Position numbers and translations under genes: made by a program. From Anaerolineae bacterium (GTDB lineage Bacteria > Chloroflexota > Anaerolineae > Aggregatilineales > Phototrophicaceae), in assembly GCA_034437635.1 (NCBI GenBank), contig DAOTTT010000053.1, positions 1-50,257 on the forward strand: DNA of 50,257 bases, in the 5' to 3' direction. How positions within the stretch are numbered: the stretch's first letter is position 1; each line of letters begins with the position of its first letter. Below, piece by piece: positions 35,472 to 44,470 of this stretch. A model generated the notes under the pieces. It was not told the DNA's origin. It searched no databases and saw only the letters and a list, made by a program, of their open reading frames with translations.

Positions 35472-36575
35472 ATGCGTAGACTATTTGCTCTACTTACGGT
35501 TTTAGCCCTTTTCGCGATGGCCTTCTCCGGCTTCGCCCAGGATGACGAAGAAAGCAACACCATTGCTGACATCGTTGTTGCCTCGGCAAGTGCAGAAGAA
35601 GGCGCGGAGTTCACCGTGCTGTTGACGGCTGTCCAGGCCGCTGACCCGATTGTGCTGGAACTGCTGGCTGACCCCGAAGCCGAAGTCACCGTTTTCGCCC
35701 CGACTGATGCGGCGTTCACCGCTCTGTTCGGCGCACTGGGTGAAGAAACCGTAACCGCCCTGCTGGAAGACCCCGCAGCCCTGACCGAAATCCTCACCTA
35801 CCACGTCGTTGAAGGCGCAGCCTTTAGCGAAGACGTTGCCGCGCTCTTGGTTGATGGCGACTTCTCCGTCGAGACCCTCAACGGCCAATATGTTGACGTA
35901 GCGACAACCGAAGAAGGTGGCATCACCCTGGACGATGCTAACCTGGTGCTGGAAATGCTGGACATCGAAGCCGATAACGGCGTGATCCACGTCATCGACG
36001 CAGTGCTGCTGCCGGAAGATCGCACCATTGCCGAAGTCGTCGTTGAGGCCGCTAGCGCAGAAGAAGGCGCGGAGTTCACCTCCCTGCTGGCCGCTGTACA
36101 AGCCGCTGACCCGGCAGTCCTGGAAGCACTCAGCAACCCTGATGCTGAACTGACCGTGTTCGCCCCGACCGACGAAGCATTCGCCGCTTTGGGTGAAGAA
36201 ACAATCTCCGCCGTCTTGGCTGACCAAGCCCTGGTGACCGGTATCCTGCTCTACCACGCTGCTGAAGGCGCAACCTACAGCGGTGACATCGTCGACTACT
36301 TCATGGGTGGTATGGACATGGAAGAAGAAGGCGACATGGAAGAGGGCGATGAAGCCGAAGACATGGACGAAGAAGGCATGGACGATATGATGTCTGACGC
36401 GCTGGTTGTTACCATGCTCGATGGCCTGGACGCTGAAATCACCGTGACCGAAGAAGGCGTGTTCATCAATGACGCACAGATCATCCTGACCGACATCGAC
36501 GCAGCCAACGGCGTAATCCACGTCATTGACGCAGTGCTGATGCCGCCGATGGACGACATGGGCGACGAAGAGTAA
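35472..36575 (+). CDS. Secreted tandem fasciclin (FAS1) domain protein with an acidic Met-rich insertion
   Basis: Signal peptide MRRLFALLTVLALFAMAFSGFAQ. Two FAS1 units (TVFAPTDAAF, LTYHVVEG / LLYHAAEG, NGVIHVIDAVLLP / LMP). Confidence 0.88.
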   Translation: MRRLFALLTVLALFAMAFSGFAQDDEESNTIADIVVASASAEEGAEFTVLLTAVQAADPIVLELLADPEAEVTVFAPTDAAFTALFGALGEETVTALLEDPAALTEILTYHVVEGAAFSEDVAALLVDGDFSVETLNGQYVDVATTEEGGITLDDANLVLEMLDIEADNGVIHVIDAVLLPEDRTIAEVVVEAASAEEGAEFTSLLAAVQAADPAVLEALSNPDAELTVFAPTDEAFAALGEETISAVLADQALVTGILLYHAAEGATYSGDIVDYFMGGMDMEEEGDMEEGDEAEDMDEEGMDDMMSDALVVTMLDGLDAEITVTEEGVFINDAQIILTDIDAANGVIHVIDAVLMPPMDDMGDEE

Positions 36576-36605
36576 GCCTGACTTTTTCCTCCTTAGATAA
36601 AATTC

Positions 36606-36640
36606 AAAAAGGCCGGGGCACTGCTCCGGTCTTTTTGTTT
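36606..36640. terminator. Rho-independent terminator after the fasciclin gene
   Basis: AAAAA-GGCCGGggcactgctCCGGTC-TTTTTGTTTT. Confidence 0.65.
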
Positions 36641-36700
36641 TGCTTCATAATATGTTAAGCTAATAAACGATCGTTAAGTAGTGATTTTACGAGATGGAAA

Positions 36701-38017
36701 ATGACACTTATTGAAAAGACAGACACCTATTGCATCGTTGGCGCAGGCTCTAGCGGCATCACAGCGGGCAAGGCGCTCAAAGAACACAACATTCCTTTTG
36801 AGATCATCGAACGTGAAGACGACATCGGCGGGAACTGGTACTACGACAAGCCCAATAGCAGCGTTTACAAAAGCACGCACCTCATTTCGTCCAAGACGAT
36901 GACGGCTTACACCGATTACCCCATGCCCGACGATTACCCGGACTACCCCAGCCATGAGGAAGTCTGCGCGTACCTGCGGGATTATTCCAAACACTTCGGC
37001 GTGACCGACTACATCCGCTTTAATACGTCCGTAGAGGACATTGTGCGCACGGATAAGGGCCTATGGGATGTATCGCTGGATGATGGCAACACCTATCGTT
37101 ATGCTGGCGTGCTCATCGCCAACGGCCATAACTGGGATCCTAAATTCCCGGATTTCCCCGGTGAATTTAACGGGGTTACATTGCATTCTGCGGAGTACAA
37201 AACGCCAGATGTGCTGCGCGATAAAAATGTGCTGGTCATCGGCGCGGGGAATTCCGGCTGTGATATTGCGGTTGAAGCCGCTCAAAACGCCGCGCAGACC
37301 TTCCACAGTACCCGGCGCGGTTATTGGTATGTGCCTAAATATGCGTTTGGCAAACCAGCGGATACCATCAACGAAATCCCGCTTAAGCTCGGCCTGCCCG
37401 TGTGGATGCGCCGCATGATTAACGGCATGATCTTACGTGTGCTGGTGGGCGACCTGCGGCAGTATGGGCTGCGCAAGCCGGATCACAAATTGCTGCAAAC
37501 CCACCCCATCATCAACCAGCATTTGACCTATTACATGGGGCACGGGATGATCGACCCGAAGCCGGACGTAGAAGAACTGTGCGGGGATAGCGTCAAGTTT
37601 AAGGATGGCAGCGTCGAAAAAATTGATGTGATCGTCTACGCGACGGGCTTTAACATCACCTTCCCCTTCATCGACTTGAAGTATCTGAACTGGGACGGCC
37701 ACCGCCCGGAGTTATACATCAACGCCTTCCACCGCACCTATGACAATATGTTTGTTGTGGGGTTGATCCAACCGGATAGCGGGCAGTTCTGGATTGCGGA
37801 TTTACAAAGTCAGTTGATCGCCCAATTCATCAAAGGGGTGGAAGCCAACAGCCCCGCCGCGCAAGAGTTCCGCCGGATTAAGGCCAGCGAAACCCCGGAT
37901 ATGGGCGGCGGCATCAAATACCTGGAGTCTACGCGCCATCTCGTAGAGATCGAGCATCACAGCTATCGGCAGCGCGTGAAGAAGCACCTGAAGGCATTTG
38001 AACAAGTCTACGCTTGA
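36701..38017 (+). CDS. Flavin-containing monooxygenase (class B FAD/NADPH-dependent)
   Basis: GAGSSGI (FAD), FNGVTLHSAEY (FMO motif FxGxxxHxxxY), GAGNSGCD (NADPH), ATGF. Confidence 0.88.
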   Translation: MTLIEKTDTYCIVGAGSSGITAGKALKEHNIPFEIIEREDDIGGNWYYDKPNSSVYKSTHLISSKTMTAYTDYPMPDDYPDYPSHEEVCAYLRDYSKHFGVTDYIRFNTSVEDIVRTDKGLWDVSLDDGNTYRYAGVLIANGHNWDPKFPDFPGEFNGVTLHSAEYKTPDVLRDKNVLVIGAGNSGCDIAVEAAQNAAQTFHSTRRGYWYVPKYAFGKPADTINEIPLKLGLPVWMRRMINGMILRVLVGDLRQYGLRKPDHKLLQTHPIINQHLTYYMGHGMIDPKPDVEELCGDSVKFKDGSVEKIDVIVYATGFNITFPFIDLKYLNWDGHRPELYINAFHRTYDNMFVVGLIQPDSGQFWIADLQSQLIAQFIKGVEANSPAAQEFRRIKASETPDMGGGIKYLESTRHLVEIEHHSYRQRVKKHLKAFEQVYA

Positions 38018-38652
38018 TCGTCCTTACCGTCGCGGCTGCTAGGATGCAAAAGCAGCGTCAGCTTATATAAGCGCTTATCAGGCGCGGCGGTATCTATATC
38101 ACGCTGAGTAAAGCCATATTCATCCAGCAGACCGCGCAATTTCTCGTAGAATTCTTCTGCGCGTTCCGGCGCGAGCGAGGCGCGGCTCTGCTGCAAGACC
38201 ATGCGCCGATGCGGGGGCGTTTGTGGGTCGTCATCGTCTTCGGGGATGCCAATGCTGCCCTTGATGAAGCTCTCGCGCACGTCTTCAAACGCACTACGGA
38301 AGATACCGTTGAGCATGACCTCTAAATTTTCGTCAAATTGTTCGTCTTTGGGCGAGAGCAACCCCCGCGCCAAACGATAGCGAAAAGCCGCCGCTTGATA
38401 ATGCTTTTCCACGATGCCAGAAACAAGGCGCGTGTCCACCATTTTGATGATGTTATGCTTTTCCAGCAGATTAAAGTGATAATAGAGTTTTGTGGGTGGG
38501 CGGTCGATTTTCTCGGCAACCTCTTTGACGGTGCTCGGCTCGCGTAGATACTCCACGATGTTTAATCGCAAAGGATCCGCCAGCACTTTGAGCGTTTCTA
38601 GGTTGTCGATAACGTATTCTTCCGCAGGGATAAAGGGTGTCTTTTCCATCAT
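38008..38652 (-). CDS. ArsR-like winged-helix transcriptional regulator with a C-terminal extension
   Basis: LKVLADPLRLNIVEYL...VKEVAEKIDRPPTKLYYHFNLLEKHNII is an ArsR-type HTH. Confidence 0.75.
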   Translation of the reverse strand: MMEKTPFIPAEEYVIDNLETLKVLADPLRLNIVEYLREPSTVKEVAEKIDRPPTKLYYHFNLLEKHNIIKMVDTRLVSGIVEKHYQAAAFRYRLARGLLSPKDEQFDENLEVMLNGIFRSAFEDVRESFIKGSIGIPEDDDDPQTPPHRRMVLQQSRASLAPERAEEFYEKLRGLLDEYGFTQRDIDTAAPDKRLYKLTLLLHPSSRDGKDDQA

Positions 38653-38959
38653 TCAAAATAAACTTTATGTTGAAAACAATTGTGTAGCCTATATTAACGT
38701 AATTTCGGCAAATTGCCTATAGTTTAACCCTATGCAACTTTGATGCTACGATACAGAAAACCGCGATCATCGCCACTGCAAACACAAGGTCTACAAGCTG
38801 GAAATCCGAGGTTTTACCGTTTGCGTAGATATTCACAGAAGCGAATGGTAAAAAGTAAAGAGGGTGTGTTGGCGTAATGGCAGTCCCGTCCTCTACGCCA
38901 AACACAGTCTAACAATTACCCTATGCCTAATTATAGGCAGAATACATAAGGAGTGCAAA

Positions 38960-40054
38960 GTGTACACCAAACGTTTAATTGCAGTAATGTTAATAAGTCT
39001 TTTGGCGCTGGCGCTGGTGCCGGTGGCCGCCCAGGACGACGACCCCGGCGTGCTGAATCTGTATTCATCGCGGCACTATGGCGCGATGGAAGGCCCCTTC
39101 GTCGCATTTGAACGCGATACCGGCATTGAACTGCGCGTGACCGACGGTTCCCCGCGTGATTTGCTGGCGCGTCTGGATGCGGACATCCAACGCGGCGGGC
39201 GCAGCGTGGCGGACGTGTTCCTCGCCATTGATGCTGGTGTATTGGGCATCGCCACCGAGCGTGGCCTGCTGCAACCCATCAGCGAAGAAGACGCACCCGC
39301 GCTTTACGAGAACATCGCGCCAGAATTACGTGATCCAGACGGTCACTGGTTCGGCTTGAGCATCCGCGCACGCACGGTCGTATATAACCCCGAAAACGTG
39401 ACCGAAGACGAGATCGACGCGCTGAACACCTACGCCGACCTTGCCGACCCCGTATGGGAAGGCCGTGTCTGTATGCGCCCGGCCAGCCACATCTACACTG
39501 TGTCCCTGTTTAGCAGCCTCATCAATAACCTGGGCGTGGATGAAGCGACCACCGTCGCGGAAGGCATCGCTAGCAACGTGACACGCTACATCAACAGCGA
39601 CACCAGTCAAATTCGCGCGGTCGCCGCTGGCGAATGTGACGTAGCGTTCGTCAACCACTACTACATGGGCCGCCTGGGGTCTAGCGAAGACCCGGCAGAC
39701 CAAGAGATATTTGAAGCCGTTGAACTCAAGTGGATGAACCAAGGCGAAGATGAAGCCGGTGTGTTCTTCAACATCAACGGGGCTGGCGTGGTGACTAACG
39801 CCCGCAATTACGAAAACGCCGTGACGTTCATCGAATACATGGCAGCATTGGAAAACCAGGGCGGCGAGTCCGAGGACTTCCCCGGTAGCAACTGGGAATA
39901 CCCCACCAACGCCGCCGCTGAACTGAACGAAGTCATTGCCACGTTTGGCGAGTTCGAGTATGACACAGGGTATGCGCTGTGGACATACGGCGACTTCCAA
40001 CAAGCCAGCGTGGAAATGCTGGAAAGCGTAGACTTCGGCTTTAGCGAAAATTAA
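38960..40054 (+). CDS. Fe(3+) ABC transporter substrate-binding protein (FbpA/AfuA-like)
   Basis: GTG start at 38960 after AAGGAG. Signal peptide ending VAAQ. NLYSSRHYGAMEGPFVAFERDTGIELRV is typical of the family. Followed by a fused permease and an ATPase. Confidence 0.8.
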   Translation: MYTKRLIAVMLISLLALALVPVAAQDDDPGVLNLYSSRHYGAMEGPFVAFERDTGIELRVTDGSPRDLLARLDADIQRGGRSVADVFLAIDAGVLGIATERGLLQPISEEDAPALYENIAPELRDPDGHWFGLSIRARTVVYNPENVTEDEIDALNTYADLADPVWEGRVCMRPASHIYTVSLFSSLINNLGVDEATTVAEGIASNVTRYINSDTSQIRAVAAGECDVAFVNHYYMGRLGSSEDPADQEIFEAVELKWMNQGEDEAGVFFNINGAGVVTNARNYENAVTFIEYMAALENQGGESEDFPGSNWEYPTNAAAELNEVIATFGEFEYDTGYALWTYGDFQQASVEMLESVDFGFSEN

Positions 40055-40164
40055 TTTCTTCGTGCCGGGCGGATTGCGATCCGCCCCTACGATTTAACCG
40101 AAGCCTGTAAGGGTGCATAGCAATGCACCCCTCGACTGAATACTGTAAGCTCTAGGAAAACACC

Positions 40165-41931
40165 ATGTCATTTTTAAACACCGTTGTCGGCGGCCTCACC
40201 CGTTACCTACCGGGCATCAAAGAAGTTGATGCGCGTTCGTCTTCTCCACTGCCGACGCTCACGCTTCCACGCTGGACATCGCTCATTTTGCCGATGTTCA
40301 TCACCGGACTGGTGTTAATTCCGATCAGTTATCTTGTAGCAGAAATCCTCACGCCGGATGTGGAAATGTGGCAGCGCATCTGGAATACGGTATTGCCGCG
40401 ATCCCTGGGCAACACATTGATGATTGTCGCCGGGGTTGGCATCGGCACGACCGTTATCGGCGCGGGCTTTGCGTGGCTAGTGACGGCGTATGAATTCCCT
40501 GGGCGCAAGTGGTTCGAGCGTTTATTCCTGCTGCCGTTGGCGATCCCTGGCTTTATCATGGGCTTTACCTTCGTGGCGATCTTTGAATATGCTGGCCCCG
40601 TACAGACCTTCATCCGTGATAACACCGGCAACGACACCGCCGGATGGTTCCCTAGCATTAACTCAATTTGGGGTTTGATCCTCGTGTTGACGCTGGTGCT
40701 TTATCCGTATGTCTACTTGCTGGCACGGGCGGCCTTCCGCGAGCAAGGCGCGAGCACATTTGAAGCGGCGCGGGTGATGGGCATGAGCCGTTGGGGAGCG
40801 TTCCGGCGTTTGGTGCTGCCGTTGGCGCGGCCATCCATCGCAGCGGGGGCGCTGCTGGCGATGATGGAAGCCATGACCGATTACGGCACGGTGAGCTTCT
40901 TCGGCATCCCCACCTTGAGCGAACGGGTCGTCGTGCTGTGGAACGCGGAGTTTAACAGCGGCCCCGCGTTTGAACTGGCTTCGATGCTGCTGTTTATCGG
41001 CCTGGCCTTTATGCTGCTGGAACGCATGATGCGCGGCAAAGCCCGCTACTATCAGCAAGGGGTGCGCGGACGGCGTTTGCAACGGCATCGCCTGCAAGGG
41101 CGCAGCGCATGGATGGCTTCCGGCGCGTCGTTTACGCTGCTGTTCGTGGCCTTTATCCTCCCGGTGTCGCAATTAGTGCTGTGGGTGCTCAACGAGATTC
41201 AATATCCAAGCACGCAGGTAGACGCGGCCACCTATTTAGAACTGGCGCAGAATTCGCTGCAACTCGGCCTCATCGCCGCCGGATTTGTGGTCACCCTAGC
41301 GTTGATCGTCGCCTATGGCGTGCGCCAAACCTCACTGACGAGCAAGCGCCGCCTGCCGCGTCTGCTCAGTCGTTTTGTCACGCTCGGCTATGCTATGCCC
41401 GGCGCGGTGATCGCCGCCGGGGTGCTGGCCTTCGTCAACCCCATTGATGCCCGCGTGACCGATTTCGTCGCCGAGCATGTGGACTTAGGCGATACGGTCT
41501 ACTTGCTGACGGGCACCATCATCGCCTTGATTTATGCCTACATAGTGCGCTTTATGGCGGTGGGTTTTAGCAGTGTTGAAAGCAGCATGGAAAAAGTCAC
41601 GCCGAACATGGAAGGCGCAGCGCGGACACTCGGCGCGGGGCCGGGGCGTGTGCTGCGGCGCGTGCATCTACCGCTCGTCAGCGCCGGGGCGATTGCCGGG
41701 GCAATCTTGGTCTTTGTCGATGTGATGAAGGAACTCCCGGCGACATTTTTGCTACGTCCGCATGGGCTACGCACCCTCGCCACAGAAGCCTATTTGATTA
41801 GCAAAGAGGGCATCTGGGACGGCGCGGCAATTTACGGCTTGACGATATTGGTGGTTGGTATTATCCCTGTATTGTTTTTAATGCGTATTGGAGAAGACCA
41901 GCGTGACAGGGACACGGATTCAGCTTGTTAA
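40165..41931 (+). CDS. Iron ABC transporter permease (duplicated BPD-type domain, FbpB/AfuB-like)
   Basis: 588 aa, about 12 TM. Two EAA-like loops (FEAARVMGMSRWGAFRRLVLPLARP and EGAARTLGAGPGRVLRRVHLPLV). Confidence 0.88.
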   Translation: MSFLNTVVGGLTRYLPGIKEVDARSSSPLPTLTLPRWTSLILPMFITGLVLIPISYLVAEILTPDVEMWQRIWNTVLPRSLGNTLMIVAGVGIGTTVIGAGFAWLVTAYEFPGRKWFERLFLLPLAIPGFIMGFTFVAIFEYAGPVQTFIRDNTGNDTAGWFPSINSIWGLILVLTLVLYPYVYLLARAAFREQGASTFEAARVMGMSRWGAFRRLVLPLARPSIAAGALLAMMEAMTDYGTVSFFGIPTLSERVVVLWNAEFNSGPAFELASMLLFIGLAFMLLERMMRGKARYYQQGVRGRRLQRHRLQGRSAWMASGASFTLLFVAFILPVSQLVLWVLNEIQYPSTQVDAATYLELAQNSLQLGLIAAGFVVTLALIVAYGVRQTSLTSKRRLPRLLSRFVTLGYAMPGAVIAAGVLAFVNPIDARVTDFVAEHVDLGDTVYLLTGTIIALIYAYIVRFMAVGFSSVESSMEKVTPNMEGAARTLGAGPGRVLRRVHLPLVSAGAIAGAILVFVDVMKELPATFLLRPHGLRTLATEAYLISKEGIWDGAAIYGLTILVVGIIPVLFLMRIGEDQRDRDTDSAC

Positions 41932-42940
41932 CGTCACCAAAAAATACGGCCAATTAACCGCCGCTGATGCGGTATCCATGACGATCCAACCGGGGGAGTT
42001 GTGGGCGCTGCTCGGCGCGAGTGGCTGCGGCAAGACCACCACCTTACGCCTCATCGCCGGGCTAGAACGCCCCGATGGGGGCAACATTACTTTAGGCGAA
42101 CGCCAAGTCGCCAACAAAACGTCATTTATCCCACCGGAGCAGCGGCGCGTGGGCTTGGTCTTCCAAGATTACGCGCTGTTTCCTCATCTCAACGTGGAAC
42201 AAAATATCCACTTTGGCCTCAACGATTATCGCGGCGACAAAAAAGCCCGGATGCGTGAGATGCTGACATTGGTCGGTTTAAACGGCCTGGAGCGCCGGAT
42301 GCCGCACGAGCTTTCCGGTGGGCAACAGCAACGGGTGGCTTTAGCGCGGGCGCTGGCCCCTGCCCCGGAGGTGCTGCTGCTGGATGAGCCGTTCAGCAAC
42401 TTAGACGCAGCACTGCGGGCACAAGTGCGCGGGGAAGTGCGCGACATTCTGCACAAGGCCGAGGTGACCGCCGTCTTCGTCACCCACGACCAGGAAGAAG
42501 CCCTGAGCCTGGCCGATCAAGTCGCGGTGATGGCACATGGCCGCGTAGAGCAGATCGGCACACCACAGCAAATTTACACGCAACCGCAGGCACGCCACGT
42601 CGCCGCATTTGTGGGCGAAGCCAACTTCATCAGCGGCCACGCGGACGGACTCACCGCACACAGTGCCCTCGGCACGCTGACGTTGACAGAGGCCGCCCAA
42701 GGCGCTGTTGACCTCATGCTTCGCCCGGAAGCGGTCGCCATTCATGCCGTCACCGTAGATGACACCGTACAAGCGACCGTCGAAGATGTGGAATTTTACG
42801 GCCACGATCAACGGGTGGTGCTGCGCCTGGACGATGACACGGTGTTGATCTCGCGCATGGGGGCATGGGAGACGTTCACACGCGGGCAGCGCGTGGGCGT
42901 TGCGGTGATCCACACGGCGCAGGCGTTTGACGCGAAATAA
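41903..42940 (+). CDS. Iron ABC transporter ATP-binding protein (FbpC/AfuC-like)
   Basis: Walker A GASGCGKTT, signature LSGGQQQRVALARAL, Walker B LLLDEP. GTG at 41903 after GGAGAAG. The longest ORF starts at TTG 41888. Confidence 0.92.
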   Translation: MTGTRIQLVNVTKKYGQLTAADAVSMTIQPGELWALLGASGCGKTTTLRLIAGLERPDGGNITLGERQVANKTSFIPPEQRRVGLVFQDYALFPHLNVEQNIHFGLNDYRGDKKARMREMLTLVGLNGLERRMPHELSGGQQQRVALARALAPAPEVLLLDEPFSNLDAALRAQVRGEVRDILHKAEVTAVFVTHDQEEALSLADQVAVMAHGRVEQIGTPQQIYTQPQARHVAAFVGEANFISGHADGLTAHSALGTLTLTEAAQGAVDLMLRPEAVAIHAVTVDDTVQATVEDVEFYGHDQRVVLRLDDDTVLISRMGAWETFTRGQRVGVAVIHTAQAFDAK

Positions 42941-43061
42941 CTACAAAAGGCTACCCCGGCTCAAAGCCGGGGCTAGCAGACCACAGCACATATAGGCGCA
43001 GCACGAAATACCATATCATACAGCCCATTTATGGGCTTTCAGGCATTTACAGTGTAGACCA
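42934..43061 (+). mobile_element. MITE-family copy G (diverged and rearranged)
   Basis: ATAACTAC..CCCCGGCTCAAAGCCGGGG, followed by the reverse complement of the AGCCCATAAATGGGCTGTAT... module. Overlaps the stop codon at 42938-42940. Confidence 0.6.
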
Positions 43062-43133
43062 TCACATTTTGAACATCCCCACCCCACGCGCTACAATCAG
43101 CACAAAAATTGTTCACTATTTTAGGAAAGCACA

Positions 43134-44141
43134 ATGTCTTACACTGCCTATGCTGCCCAAAGTCCGCATACCCCACTGGAAAGCTACACCTACGAGCCGG
43201 AGCCGCTCGGCGCTCATGATGTCGAGATCAAGATCACCCATTGCGGCATTTGCCATAGCGATGTCCATATCATTGATGGCGATTGGGGCGAAAAATACCC
43301 CGCCGTCGCCGGGCATGAAATCGTCGGCACCGTCACGCAGATAGGCGATCATGTCACGGGCTTGCAGGCCGGGCAGCGCGTGGGCGTAGGCTGGCAATGT
43401 GGCTGTTGCATGAAATGCGAATGGTGCATCGGCGGGGAAACCAACCAATGCGTGACCCCGGTCAACACCTGCCAGGGGCGGCATGGCGGCTTTGCGGATT
43501 ATATCCGCGTGGATGGCCGCTTCGCCTTCCCTATCCCGGATGCGCTCGCCAGCGAAAACGCCGCCCCGCTGCTCTGCGGCGGGATCACGGTCTATGCGCC
43601 GCTGCGCGAGTTCGACGTGAACCCGTCTATGCGCGTGGGGGTGATCGGCATCGGCGGCTTAGGCCATCTCGCGCTGCAATTCGCCAGTAAGTTCGGCTGT
43701 GAGGTCACCGCGTTTTCGTCATCCCCGGATAAAGAAGCAGAGGCGCGTTCGTTCGGGGCATATCACTTCGTCAACAGCCGCGACGAGAGCGCCATTAAGG
43801 CGGTACGGCGTTCCCTGGATATGATTATTTCTACGGTCAATGTATCGTTGGATTGGCGGCGTTATGTGCAGGCGCTGCGGCCAAAGGGTAATCTGGTCTT
43901 TGTCGGCGCGGTGGATGAGCCGATTAGCATACCCGTTGGCTATATTCTCGGCGGGCGTAAGTCCATCAGCGGCAGTAACATCGGTGACCGCCGCACCATG
44001 ATCGAAATGCTGGACTTCGCCGCGCGGCATCAGGTCGTCGCACAAACGGAGACGGTGCCTTTTGACCAGATCAACGCGGCGTTGGATAAAGTGCGCAACA
44101 ACCAAGCGCGGTATCGTATGGTCTTGCAAATGCCGGGGTAG
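43134..44141 (+). CDS. Zinc-dependent NAD(P) alcohol dehydrogenase (cinnamyl-ADH / YahK-like)
   Basis: 335 aa. GICHSDVH, GHEIVG, structural-Zn cysteines CGCCMKCEWC, GIGGLGH Rossmann motif. Confidence 0.92.
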   Translation: MSYTAYAAQSPHTPLESYTYEPEPLGAHDVEIKITHCGICHSDVHIIDGDWGEKYPAVAGHEIVGTVTQIGDHVTGLQAGQRVGVGWQCGCCMKCEWCIGGETNQCVTPVNTCQGRHGGFADYIRVDGRFAFPIPDALASENAAPLLCGGITVYAPLREFDVNPSMRVGVIGIGGLGHLALQFASKFGCEVTAFSSSPDKEAEARSFGAYHFVNSRDESAIKAVRRSLDMIISTVNVSLDWRRYVQALRPKGNLVFVGAVDEPISIPVGYILGGRKSISGSNIGDRRTMIEMLDFAARHQVVAQTETVPFDQINAALDKVRNNQARYRMVLQMPG

Positions 44142-44148
44142 TCATAAA

Positions 44149-44172
44149 GTGGACGGCATTTTTGCCGTCCAC
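44149..44172. terminator. Perfect 9-bp hairpin between the ADH gene and the phage-like cluster
   Basis: GTGGACGGC-ATTTTT-GCCGTCCAC. On the minus strand it is followed by TTTAT, 17 nt after the holin-like stop. Confidence 0.55.
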
Positions 44173-44188
44173 CAATGCGCCCAAATGC

Positions 44189-44470
44189 TCAGTCGCTCAA
44201 ACGATCCTCAACCGCATCAAGCACCGCGTCGATCACATCGCGCATGAGGTCGCTGATGTCGATGTCGGCGGGGAGTTGCTGCTGCCGGGCGATGGCCGCC
44301 GCTTCTGTGATGGTTTCGCCTGTGATGAGCGCCAACGCTAAGGTGATCGTCAATGTGAGCAATTCCGCCTGCACGCTGACCAACTGCGGCACCGCCATAA
44401 TCAACACGCCGACGCTAAACGCCGCCAACGCGATCACCACACGCGGGGATGTCAAAATCTCGCGTAGCAT
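44189..44470 (-). CDS. Holin-like small membrane protein (93 aa, 2 TM, acidic tail)
   Basis: The ATG at 44470 overlaps the upstream stop (TAATG). TM stretches VVIALAAFSVGVLIMAV and LLTLTITLALALITG. It follows a tail-fibre-like gene. The longest ORF (to 44596) overlaps the neighbour. Confidence 0.4.
   Translation of the reverse strand: MLREILTSPRVVIALAAFSVGVLIMAVPQLVSVQAELLTLTITLALALITGETITEAAAIARQQQLPADIDISDLMRDVIDAVLDAVEDRLSD

Noticed and set aside
35502-36521. 339-aa ORF on the minus strand opposite the fasciclin gene. Similar long antisense ORFs occur at 10577-11260, 15281-16174, 25739-26305, 39326-40003, 40663-41172, 42401-42913, 45403-45987 and 6772-7281.
   Set aside because: They lie entirely inside well-supported genes with clear family motifs on the other strand. 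Their products are low-complexity (Arg/Gly/His-rich), as expected from stop-poor antisense frames in GC-rich DNA.
38717-38905. 62-aa minus-strand ORF in the ArsR-like / iron-ABC intergenic region.
   Set aside because: It has no convincing RBS and lies in a divergent promoter region. One hydrophobic stretch is not enough evidence. It cannot be excluded as a small membrane protein, but it is not supported.
38864-38959. N-terminal extension (MCWRNGSPVLYAKH...) of the iron-binding protein from the longest ORF.
   Set aside because: The GTG at 38960 is preceded by AAGGAG at ideal spacing and directly begins a canonical signal peptide. The extension has no RBS and would bury the signal peptide.
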